This document shows, piece by piece, positions 27,735-36,241 of a stretch of 64,000 bases of DNA (position 1 is the stretch's first letter; each line of letters begins with the position of its first letter). Origin of the DNA: Planctomycetota bacterium (lineage in GTDB: Bacteria > Planctomycetota > UBA11346); assembly GCA_038213805.1 (NCBI GenBank), contig JBBQSO010000004.1, positions 52,337 through 116,336 of the forward strand, written 5' to 3'. The translations under genes were made by a program, and so were the position numbers. The notes beneath the pieces were generated by a model. That model was not told the DNA's origin. It searched no databases and saw only the letters and a program-made list of their open reading frames with translations.

Positions 27735-29317
27735 ATCGTCAGGGTGGACAGGGCGTGGTCGGCGACGCGCATGGCATTAGCCATGATGGTGAGCGTGAGG
27801 TTCTTCGATGGCAGTTCGGTGAAGCTCGCGGCATCAGCGGCGATGATGCGTGCATCACCACCCAGCTCTCCCGCTGGACTGCACTGGAAGCGGCTAGGTT
27901 GCTGCGTCATCGGCAGCATGCCCGCATAATGGAAGCTGTTGCCGGCGGCCGGATATTGGCAGAGTGCGGGGTGGCCGACGAAGCCCGACGGTAAGAACGC
28001 CTTGATCAGTTCGCGCTCGATCTGCCCGCGGGTGGTGTGGCCCATAGCTGCACGCAGGCTGCGGTCAGGGGAGAGCGACATCCATCCAGAAGGCGGCCCG
28101 CAATCCGCGTAGAAGAGCTGAACTATGGCCATGGCGGGCATGATGTGCCGGACGGCGGCCATGGTCCCGCGCGCCGCCAGCGGGAATGAGAATGCGTAAT
28201 CGTTCCATAACGGGGCGGTCATGCCATAGAAGGAGGCCTGGACGGGCTCTGGGCTGAGCGGTCCTTCGTACAGGACGACGAGTTGGGCCGGGGTCGAATG
28301 GGGTTCGACCGCTTCGCCGATGGCGCGCAGCCGCACCATCGGCACGTAGCTGATCTGGTTGTCCCGCAGGGGGAGCCTGACGGCATCGTCGCGGTGCGAG
28401 GTAAGGACGATGCGGGAGGAGTTGATGGCACCCGCAGCCAGGATGAGGCGACGGCAGCGTTCTGTGATCGCTCCTGCACCGGTGAGGTCGCGGCCTCGCA
28501 CGATGACGTCGCCGGTCGGCCCTTCCGTGGTGTAGCTTTCGATCAGGACCTGGTCGCGGTAGGTGATGGTCCCGACGGCGATCAGTGCACGCATGGTGAA
28601 CCAGGGATTGTAGATACCTTCATTCTCTGGACGGAAGAACTCGGTCCCATCGCCGCGATATGCCGCGCGATCGCCATGCTGCCGGGTCAGCAGCGCGAGG
28701 CGTTGCCGGCCTATGCGGAAGCCGCGTCGGTTGAACGCGGCTCTCCTGTCCTCGTAAGCGCGCAACGCGGCCGTTCCCAGCCGGGAAAGTGCAGGTGGCG
28801 GCAGCAGCCCGTCGCTCGCGCCCAGCCAGCCGTCAAAGCCGTCGGCGGCGCCGCTGACGCCGATGTGGTCCTCAACCTTGCGGTACCACGGTTCGAGCTC
28901 GGCGAGCGTCAGCGGGAAGCGGCGCAGTTCTCCCGCGGTGAAGCGATAGGCGCCCGCGCCCCAGGCATTGGCGAGGCCGCCGCGGGCATGGCTCACCACC
29001 GGTGAGAACCCCTCGCCGACGATTGGCGAGAGTTCCTGCCATCCGGCGCTGACGAAGCGCATCAGCGGTGCCTTCAGCTTGGGGCTGAGATAATCCTGGT
29101 GGATGTTGTGCAGCGCCTCGCCGCGCTTGCCGATCAACAGTGCCGGGTCTGCGCGGCCGGAACGCTTCAGTTCGTATTGCGACGCATCCAGGGCGTCGCC
29201 GCGCTCAAGGGGTCGGTGGCCGACATCGAGGACCAGGACCTTGCAGTGGCCGGCGAGGCGCAGGGCGGCTGCTGCCCCAGCGGGTCCTGAGCCGATGATG
29301 ATCGCATCCCAGATCAT
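27731..29317 (-). CDS. GMC-family FAD oxidoreductase
   Basis: IIGSGPAG, GGLANAWGAG, LAAGAINS, FHYAG, DAASF...KNLTLTIMANA (His/Asn pair present). Confidence 0.85.
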   Translation of the reverse strand: MIWDAIIIGSGPAGAAAALRLAGHCKVLVLDVGHRPLERGDALDASQYELKRSGRADPALLIGKRGEALHNIHQDYLSPKLKAPLMRFVSAGWQELSPIVGEGFSPVVSHARGGLANAWGAGAYRFTAGELRRFPLTLAELEPWYRKVEDHIGVSGAADGFDGWLGASDGLLPPPALSRLGTAALRAYEDRRAAFNRRGFRIGRQRLALLTRQHGDRAAYRGDGTEFFRPENEGIYNPWFTMRALIAVGTITYRDQVLIESYTTEGPTGDVIVRGRDLTGAGAITERCRRLILAAGAINSSRIVLTSHRDDAVRLPLRDNQISYVPMVRLRAIGEAVEPHSTPAQLVVLYEGPLSPEPVQASFYGMTAPLWNDYAFSFPLAARGTMAAVRHIMPAMAIVQLFYADCGPPSGWMSLSPDRSLRAAMGHTTRGQIERELIKAFLPSGFVGHPALCQYPAAGNSFHYAGMLPMTQQPSRFQCSPAGELGGDARIIAADAASFTELPSKNLTLTIMANAMRVADHALSTLTM

Positions 29318-29730
29318 TGATGGAGGAGGCAGTGATGGCGCACGAGGAATGCGCCTTTGACGAATTTCCATGCCGAACGCGCGCCGTGCCAGGCCATGCA
29401 TGACCACGCACGCAGGGGCGCTGGTCGTGCTGCGACCCAGGCATGGTAGTTGGCCTGGTCTAATTCTGCGAGGTAGCACATGATCTGGATCTTCTGGCCC
29501 AGGCGATTGCGGCCTCTGCAGACCCGAAGCCAGAACTCGATGGCTTCTACATCAAGGCGCTTGGCGATGATCGCGTGCATGTTGACGGCGAGCGCGCCAC
29601 CCGGGTCCGCGGCGACGAGTTCATCGAGCGCCAGCCAGCGGTCGCGCAACTCGGGCGGTATCGGGTAGCCGAGCAGCGCGTGGAAGATGTGCGCGGCCTC
29701 GCCCGTCCGGTCGGTTTCTGGGGTTTCCAT
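29314..29730 (-). CDS. Hypothetical protein (138 aa)
   Basis: Fills the gap in the operon, with an ATGA overlap onto the GMC gene; no recognisable motif. Confidence 0.6.
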   Translation of the reverse strand: METPETDRTGEAAHIFHALLGYPIPPELRDRWLALDELVAADPGGALAVNMHAIIAKRLDVEAIEFWLRVCRGRNRLGQKIQIMCYLAELDQANYHAWVAARPAPLRAWSCMAWHGARSAWKFVKGAFLVRHHCLLHQ

Positions 29731-29742
29731 GGTCGCTGCCGT

Positions 29743-30099
29743 TCAGTTGGGATTCCGGCTCGCGAATCCGATCAGGATCACACCGGTGATGATGAGGATC
29801 ACCCCGATGCCATAGCGCAGGGTCAAAGTCTCGCCGAACAGCCAAGCGCCCATCAGCGGCACCAGGACGAAGCCGAGGGCGAAGAAGGGATATGCCTTCG
29901 AAATCTCAGTGGAGCGCAAGGCCCACACCCAGAGGCCCGTCGAGGTGACGTAGAGTATCCCGGCGATCCCCAGTACCGAGAGGACTCTCCAGTCGAGCGC
30001 GGTTCCCGCCTTGTTGAAGTTGATGGCGGCCTGTTTGAACAGCACTTGGCCAATGGTCATGATCAGCACGCAGGCGATGATAATCCAATTATGGGGCAT
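29743..30099 (-). CDS. Small EamA/SMR-like membrane protein (ArnE/F-like candidate flippase)
   Basis: GQVLFK, LWVWALR, ISKAYPF, LFGETL...G...I..GV; 118 aa, 4 TM. Confidence 0.82.
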   Translation of the reverse strand: MPHNWIIIACVLIMTIGQVLFKQAAINFNKAGTALDWRVLSVLGIAGILYVTSTGLWVWALRSTEISKAYPFFALGFVLVPLMGAWLFGETLTLRYGIGVILIITGVILIGFASRNPN

Positions 30100-30115
30100 T
30101 TGAGAGGCCGGCCGT

Positions 30116-30805
30116 TCAGCCAGGAGAGACGCGGACATGGCAGACATAGAAAAGGTTGATGTCGGCGACGGGTACGCGCAGGGGATACCACAGCTGGGAT
30201 GCAACCTCGAAGTGATATCGTATGAAGGTCGTCAGATTGTAGATCGAATTGACGTGATCGGCGGCCTGGATGTAGTCGTAGGGTAGGTTGAGCTTGTGGG
30301 CGTTCCGGCGTGGACCCAGGTACCTGCCGAACCGCCACAGCATGCCGGGATCGCAAGGCAGGACGATGGAGAGCAGTCCGCCCGGCTTGACGACCCTGTT
30401 CCATTCCTGCAGCACCGCGACCGGATTCGGGATGTGCTCAAGGACATGGGTGGCGATCAGACGGTCGAATGAGTGGTCGGGATAGCCCAGTCTGGTCGCA
30501 TCCTGCTTCTCGATGCGCAGGCGGCCGGTGGCGACCCGGTCCAGGTGGCGTTCGTTGGCTACTCTCAGCATGGCATCGCTGCCGTCGGTCATAACGTACA
30601 GCTTCTCCTTGCCATCGACGTAGCTGTAATGATGCCCTGAGCCGGCGCCGACTTCGAGGATGGTGTCCGGGGTGAATCCCGCCGGCAGGCTGTTTTCGAG
30701 CAGGCGGTGGCTCTTCTGCAGGAAGCCTCCGGCCAGGGTCCTCGTCGTGTTGTTCTTCTCGTATCCTTCGACGTAGAGGTTCTGATATTCAGGAACAGCT
30801 TTCAT
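30116..30805 (-). CDS. Class I SAM-dependent methyltransferase
   Basis: LEVGAGSG, FDRLIATHVLEHI, VKPGG; GAGGAGG RBS. Confidence 0.9.
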   Translation of the reverse strand: MKAVPEYQNLYVEGYEKNNTTRTLAGGFLQKSHRLLENSLPAGFTPDTILEVGAGSGHHYSYVDGKEKLYVMTDGSDAMLRVANERHLDRVATGRLRIEKQDATRLGYPDHSFDRLIATHVLEHIPNPVAVLQEWNRVVKPGGLLSIVLPCDPGMLWRFGRYLGPRRNAHKLNLPYDYIQAADHVNSIYNLTTFIRYHFEVASQLWYPLRVPVADINLFYVCHVRVSPG

Positions 30806-31012
30806 AGGCCTCCTCGGTCGGGCAAGGTCGGGAGGATAGGCCGAGCCTCTGTGGAATCCAGTGCGTTTGCCCGAAAAAGTCGGCTTCGATTGAACGATGC
30901 CATCAACAGAACCCGGGTGCGGCCGCCACGGCGATGTGAGATGTGATTCCGCGAGACGACACGAGACGCATTGGGGATTGGGTCGCGGATGTCGTGGTCG
31001 ACCGGCCGTTCT

Positions 31013-33490
31013 TCAGGGTAGCCGTCGCTGTTTCGTCCCGCGCAAAGAGCAGCGCCTGAATTCGACTGCGGATTCCGTATGACCTGACGCATAGACGATG
31101 GCGGTAGCCGCATTCGCGGGTGCGATGACCTCCTGGGATTCCTCGCCCCACTCGGGGCCTGACTCAAAGACCTGGATGGTCGTCGTGATGAATGCGCCTG
31201 AGGAATCCAGCCAGTTGATCTGGCTGCGATATTGGGCCCGTCCGGATACACTGCGTACCGAGACCTGGTTGAGATAGCGCCCCCCTGGTCGGATCGCGAC
31301 CGCCTGCGAGGCGGGCCGGCTAACCGAGACCCTTATGGCATGCGCAGCAGGGTCGAAGCATTCGCCCTCAGGCAGGTTCCATCGGTGCGCCGTGACGAAG
31401 TCCGGCTCCTCGAGGAGCTCTGTCGGGTATTGCGCCCCCGGTTTTAGCCTGCGTACCGAATAGGTGCCGAAGCTTTGGACGTCTTCGGTCAGGTCAGCGA
31501 CGAGGGCAGTAGGGGCGGGACCGAGGGAGGATTTGCTATGCTCCTCATCGAAGATGAGGAGCCCGATCTCATTCTCCTGGAAGACATTCAGCATTTCCTC
31601 GGCGCTCTTCGCCTGCGCGAGGGCATCGAGGAACCGGTCGTTGTACCAGTTGGCATAGAGGGCTCGCGCGGCGAGGCCTGCGCCCATGGTTGGGGCGATG
31701 AAGGCCACGGGCTGGTGCTGTGTATTGAGCGCGTTGACGAAGGCCACCGCCCTGCGGATCGGGATCCTTTTCGCAATGTAGTCATCGCGGTCGGCCTGGC
31801 TCAGAAGTGACCGCCACGGCATGATCGGATAAGTCCATGACGCGCCTGCGCTCCAGAACAAGAGGTTCAGCCCGAGCGTAAGCAGGCTTGTCGCAGTCCA
31901 TGCCCAGCCCGCCCGGTAAGACGCTGCTTCCGCGATGGCGACGCCAATTCCCGCTATCAGCAGCGGCCATGCCGGGAAGACATAGCGGAGGTAGGCGGTC
32001 TGTGCGAAGACCAGGGCCACGAAGGCGGCGCCCACTGCGATGAGGAGCAGAGCCTTGCGTCCCTGGGGGAAAGCCAGGACGGCGATCGAAGGCAGGAGCA
32101 GGAGGAGCCATTCAAAACCGCCTGCGCCGGGATAGGACTCGAGGTGGAGATGCGATTCGAATGTCACCTCATAGGGGGTGCGTATGCCCAGGCCGTGGCC
32201 GAAAAGGGACGACGATTCAAAATTGGTCGGCTTGAAGAACGGCGATTTGAAGAATCCGTTGCAGAACGGAAAAACCGGATTTCCGGTGACCAGCCATGCG
32301 TACGCGTAAGGGGCGCCGCCGGCGCAAGCACCCGCGATTGCGGCCAAGCCGAGGAAGCTCGCGTCCCTGGGATCCGGGCGCTTGCGCGCGTTCACGATGA
32401 AGGCGATGAGGACGAGCGGTACGAGCAGCGCGCTGATGGTCTTCGTCGCCACTGAGAAGCCGAGCAGGATGGCTGTCAGGACCAGGCGCCAGCCCGGATG
32501 GGCTTCGCCGGGGTGGGCACGCAGCGCCACGAGGACTGCGGCGGTGGTGAATGCGGTCCAGACCGATTCAATGAACAGCGAGGCCCCTTCGGTGAAGGTG
32601 AGCGGGCTGGCGACGAAGAGCAGCATCGCCCAGCGCGCGCCGCCTAGGGTTCCTCCCGCCCAAAGCACCAGTTCCCGGATCAGCAGCGCCGTGACCAGTA
32701 GGGCCCCCATGTTGATGAGCCTCGTCGCGGCTTCGCCGCCCAGCATGTAGCCGATAGCGTACAGCCAGTCGCCGTCCATGGGCATGACCGCCCAGACATA
32801 GGTGGTGAATTCGAAGGACCACTGGTGGCCGCTGGCGAGTTGTGCCGGCACGAACAAGTGCATGGCCAGGGCATCGGAACCGACCTCGGGCAGCAATGCG
32901 ATGAGGAATGACAGCGCGGCGATGACGACGAGTGGCGCTTCCAGCCAGCCGCATCCCATGCCATCTAGCGGATTATCCCTGGTGGCAAAGATGCCGCGGA
33001 CGCCAGCAGCCAAGGGCCTCAGCGCGCGGCCCGCGTAGAGGATGGGCAGAGTAAGGAGGACTGCATAGACGCCGGGGTAGTTGATGGGCAGGTGGGCGAT
33101 CAGCCCGATGACGGTCGCGTGGAGGCCGGCGCCCAGGGCCAGTGATACTGCCGGACCCTGGTTGGTTCCACCGAGGGCCCTCGTCACCGCTCCGCCGAGA
33201 GCGAAGCAGGAGAGGGCGAGCCAGGAAACCACCAGCAGGGGCCAGACACTGCCCGTGCCCACCGCGAGGGCTCCGATGGCGAGGGCCCCGATGGCGAGCG
33301 GCGAGCGGCGGGTGATCGCAGCGCCGATGATGAGGGCCGCCGATGCCACCGCGATCAGGATCAGGTGGTGTGGATCCGCACCCGTCCAAGGTATGCGACA
33401 GAGCCCGTAGATAGTTATGGCCATTCCGGTCAGAAGGGCTGACCAGAACGCGACCGGCTTGAGCATGCCCATGGCGCGGAGCGGGATCAT
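31013..33490 (-). CDS. Large polytopic membrane protein, probable GT-C (ArnT/PMT-like) glycosyltransferase, with a C-terminal beta-sandwich (CBM-like) domain
   Basis: More than 15 TM segments; PEVGSDALAMHL, TGNPVFPF and YLRYVFP; soluble C-terminal about 130 aa (SQAVAIRPGGRY...INWLDSSG...APANA). Confidence 0.7.
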   Translation of the reverse strand: MIPLRAMGMLKPVAFWSALLTGMAITIYGLCRIPWTGADPHHLILIAVASAALIIGAAITRRSPLAIGALAIGALAVGTGSVWPLLVVSWLALSCFALGGAVTRALGGTNQGPAVSLALGAGLHATVIGLIAHLPINYPGVYAVLLTLPILYAGRALRPLAAGVRGIFATRDNPLDGMGCGWLEAPLVVIAALSFLIALLPEVGSDALAMHLFVPAQLASGHQWSFEFTTYVWAVMPMDGDWLYAIGYMLGGEAATRLINMGALLVTALLIRELVLWAGGTLGGARWAMLLFVASPLTFTEGASLFIESVWTAFTTAAVLVALRAHPGEAHPGWRLVLTAILLGFSVATKTISALLVPLVLIAFIVNARKRPDPRDASFLGLAAIAGACAGGAPYAYAWLVTGNPVFPFCNGFFKSPFFKPTNFESSSLFGHGLGIRTPYEVTFESHLHLESYPGAGGFEWLLLLLPSIAVLAFPQGRKALLLIAVGAAFVALVFAQTAYLRYVFPAWPLLIAGIGVAIAEAASYRAGWAWTATSLLTLGLNLLFWSAGASWTYPIMPWRSLLSQADRDDYIAKRIPIRRAVAFVNALNTQHQPVAFIAPTMGAGLAARALYANWYNDRFLDALAQAKSAEEMLNVFQENEIGLLIFDEEHSKSSLGPAPTALVADLTEDVQSFGTYSVRRLKPGAQYPTELLEEPDFVTAHRWNLPEGECFDPAAHAIRVSVSRPASQAVAIRPGGRYLNQVSVRSVSGRAQYRSQINWLDSSGAFITTTIQVFESGPEWGEESQEVIAPANAATAIVYASGHTESAVEFRRCSLRGTKQRRLP

Positions 33491-33536
33491 CGGCAGGCGT
33501 GAAGCGCGCTGGCCGAGCTTCGTGCGGTGCCACTCA

Positions 33537-34694
33537 TCATCGGGCGCTCGCCTGCTGGAGAAATGAGGGGACGTGGTGGATGCCGGGGATCGAGAAGAAC
33601 TTTCCGACGGCCTCGATCGTGCGCATCGCAGCGAGGCCGTCGCCATAGGGTGACGCCCCGGTGGACATTGCTTTATAGGCGGCACCGTCACGCAGCAGGA
33701 CATCTGCCTCCTGACGGATGAGGGCCGTCGAATCGCCGACCAGCTTGACCACGCCGGCCGCCACGGCCTCGGGGCGTTCCGTCTCCCGTCGTAGCACCAG
33801 CACCGGCTTGCCGAGGGCGGGCGCCTCCTCCTGGACCCCGCCGGAGTCGCTGAGGATCAGGTGCGCCTTCTTCATGGCTGCCACGAATCGGCCGTAGGGC
33901 AGTGGTTCCACCAGGCGCACCCGGGGGTGGCCGCCCAGGCGCTCGTGCACCGGCTTCTTCACGTTCGGATTGGGGTGGACTGGCCATAGGATCTCGACGT
34001 CGGGGTGGCTTGCGAGGATGCCTTCGATGGCGGTGATGATGTCGCTGAGTGGCTTGCCGAAGTTCTCGCGCCGATGGCAGGTGACCAGTACGGTGCGCAG
34101 AGCCGGGTCGAGGTCGATGCCGAGGTCGACGCCGCGTTCGATCGCCATGTGCAGGGCGTCGATGACGGAATTCCCGGTGACTTCGATCTTCGTTCCGGCG
34201 ACGCCTTCGCGCAGCAGGTTCTCGCGCGCGGATTCAGTGGGGGCGAGATAGAGGCTGGTGACGCGGTCGGCGACGACGCGATTGAACTCCTCGGGGAAGG
34301 GATTGAGCATGTCGCAGCTGCGCAGCCCGGCCTCGACGTGGGCGAACGGGATGCGCCGGTAGAAGGCGACCATCGCGCTGGTCATCACCGTGGTGGTGTC
34401 GCCCTGGGCGATCACCATGTCCGGGGCCATCTTCACGAACGCCTCGTCGAGACCGGTTACGGCCCTGGCGGTCAGCCCGGACAGCGACTGGTCCGGGAGC
34501 ATCAGATCGAGGTCGACGTCGGGGACGATCCCGAAGATCGAGAAGACCTCGTCCGCCATCTCGCGATGTTGCGCGGTCGCGACGACGCGCACGTCGGCCC
34601 AGGTCTGGCGGCGCAGGGCAAGGATGATGGGAGCCATCTTTATGGCCTCGGGCCGGGTGCCGACGACGCAGGAAAAGATCCGTTTTCTGTTCAT
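33537..34694 (-). CDS. wecB: UDP-N-acetylglucosamine 2-epimerase (non-hydrolysing)
   Basis: GTRPEAIKMAP, QGDTTT, HVEAGLRS, PFPEEFNR, HRRENFG, DSGGVQEEAP. Confidence 0.97.
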   Translation of the reverse strand: MNRKRIFSCVVGTRPEAIKMAPIILALRRQTWADVRVVATAQHREMADEVFSIFGIVPDVDLDLMLPDQSLSGLTARAVTGLDEAFVKMAPDMVIAQGDTTTVMTSAMVAFYRRIPFAHVEAGLRSCDMLNPFPEEFNRVVADRVTSLYLAPTESARENLLREGVAGTKIEVTGNSVIDALHMAIERGVDLGIDLDPALRTVLVTCHRRENFGKPLSDIITAIEGILASHPDVEILWPVHPNPNVKKPVHERLGGHPRVRLVEPLPYGRFVAAMKKAHLILSDSGGVQEEAPALGKPVLVLRRETERPEAVAAGVVKLVGDSTALIRQEADVLLRDGAAYKAMSTGASPYGDGLAAMRTIEAVGKFFSIPGIHHVPSFLQQASAR

Positions 34695-34749
34695 TTGAAT
34701 CCTGGTGGTAAGCGGTTGAGATGCTTCCGGGGTAGCCTGTTACAGGCCA

Positions 34750-36234
34750 TCATCTCCTTGAGAAGATTGCGTGCAATTCGGTGGCCTGACCGCCGTTGGC
34801 AAAATGCCGATATTCCAAATCGACGGCTTGGTGGATGAGCAAAAGGTCCTCATCCCTGGAAGTATCGTAATTTTCGCAATAGGCTTGATCGAGGATCCGC
34901 CACAAAAAGCTGTTGCGACGATAGAGTTCCACCGGATCGAAGAAGCGCATCATCAGGTTCTCGAGTTCGACGGCCCGTATCCCTTCGAAGCATGTGGATG
35001 AGCAGTCGTAGTTGGGCAGGTGAGCATCTGTCGGATTGCCAGGCATGAGTCGATTCTTGCGGAAATGTTCGGGAAGGCTCGCGAAAAAGCCATCTGCGAC
35101 GTCATATGCCCTCGGATCGAGCCGGGCGCCGTTTGCGCCAATGTACTCTCCTATTGACCAGATTTCTCCGTTTTTGTCGAGATTAAGGGAAAGTTGAGCG
35201 AACAAGCGTTCTAGCTCGACGACGTGATGCAACCCCGATACACAAACAATGACATCGAATTTCTCCTGAGGTAAAATAATCGAATTGATGTTTCCGCAAA
35301 TCACATCCGCGGTGGCGTTGGGCGGGAGCCTTGAGGCGGCTCTTGAAAGCAGCCCGGGATTGAGGTCCACTAGAGTGATGTGTACCGGTGCCTCACAAGC
35401 CGAGATCAGCGAGGTTTCTATGCGTGCCTCTCCAGAGCAGAGTGAAAGCATCCGGACGCGTCCTTTCTGCTTTCCCAAGGAGTTCAGCCGACCGTGAAAA
35501 TCAGGTGGTCGCTTCTCCAGTTTCGTTTCCAATAACCGGTGCGCGAAGGAATAGGCGTTCTCGCTCACCCGCATACTCGAAGTCAGATGCTGCGTAGCTT
35601 CCTGAACTGCTGCTGGCTTAGGCGGAGCTGCGGCAACCGGCCCTCGTGTTGGGTGAAGATGCTCGGCGGAGGTCTCTGACGTGTACATGGAATGGGAGTA
35701 CGTTTCGGCGAAAACAGAGAGCTCGTTCTTGTTGCGAAGGGCAGCGTAGCTGCGAGCCATTTCCAGACCGCTGTCGATCCTTGGGCAGGCCGAGAGCTCG
35801 TAGAGTGCGAGCCAATCACCGCACGGATCGTGGTCGGTTCCTGCTCCGATACAAATCTCGATGAAGCCGGTTTCTCCACCAAGGCACGCTAAATCGATGC
35901 AAGCGCGGAGAGGCGCTTGAGTCGCCTTCGTGCCCAGGGGAATCGAAATGAGTGGGTGCGCGACTTGTTTGCACGCGAACGCGATGTTGACCACCAAGCC
36001 GTCGCGGCTGATCGCAGGCAGTCCATGGGCAAATGTAATGTTTAGCACCCAGTCTCTGCCAGGCGGGACGGTGAACGCTTTGCCGATGCGGGCCGTCTCC
36101 CCGGCTAGGATGATCATGCATGCCCGTGCTGGGGGCAAGTGGGCTGGGACGAGCCACCGTGATGGCAAGAGGTGCGCCAGATCTGGTGAGAAGTGGACGG
36201 GTGTCTCGTTGTCGAAGATCAGGGGAACATTCAT
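34750..36234 (-). CDS. Protein with a C-terminal class I SAM methyltransferase domain; lower GC
   Basis: LSLCSGEA, VDLNP, FDVIVCVSGLHHV, EYIG, FEGIRA. Confidence 0.75.
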   Translation of the reverse strand: MNVPLIFDNETPVHFSPDLAHLLPSRWLVPAHLPPARACMIILAGETARIGKAFTVPPGRDWVLNITFAHGLPAISRDGLVVNIAFACKQVAHPLISIPLGTKATQAPLRACIDLACLGGETGFIEICIGAGTDHDPCGDWLALYELSACPRIDSGLEMARSYAALRNKNELSVFAETYSHSMYTSETSAEHLHPTRGPVAAAPPKPAAVQEATQHLTSSMRVSENAYSFAHRLLETKLEKRPPDFHGRLNSLGKQKGRVRMLSLCSGEARIETSLISACEAPVHITLVDLNPGLLSRAASRLPPNATADVICGNINSIILPQEKFDVIVCVSGLHHVVELERLFAQLSLNLDKNGEIWSIGEYIGANGARLDPRAYDVADGFFASLPEHFRKNRLMPGNPTDAHLPNYDCSSTCFEGIRAVELENLMMRFFDPVELYRRNSFLWRILDQAYCENYDTSRDEDLLLIHQAVDLEYRHFANGGQATELHAIFSRR

Positions 36235-36241
36235 GGTTGTG

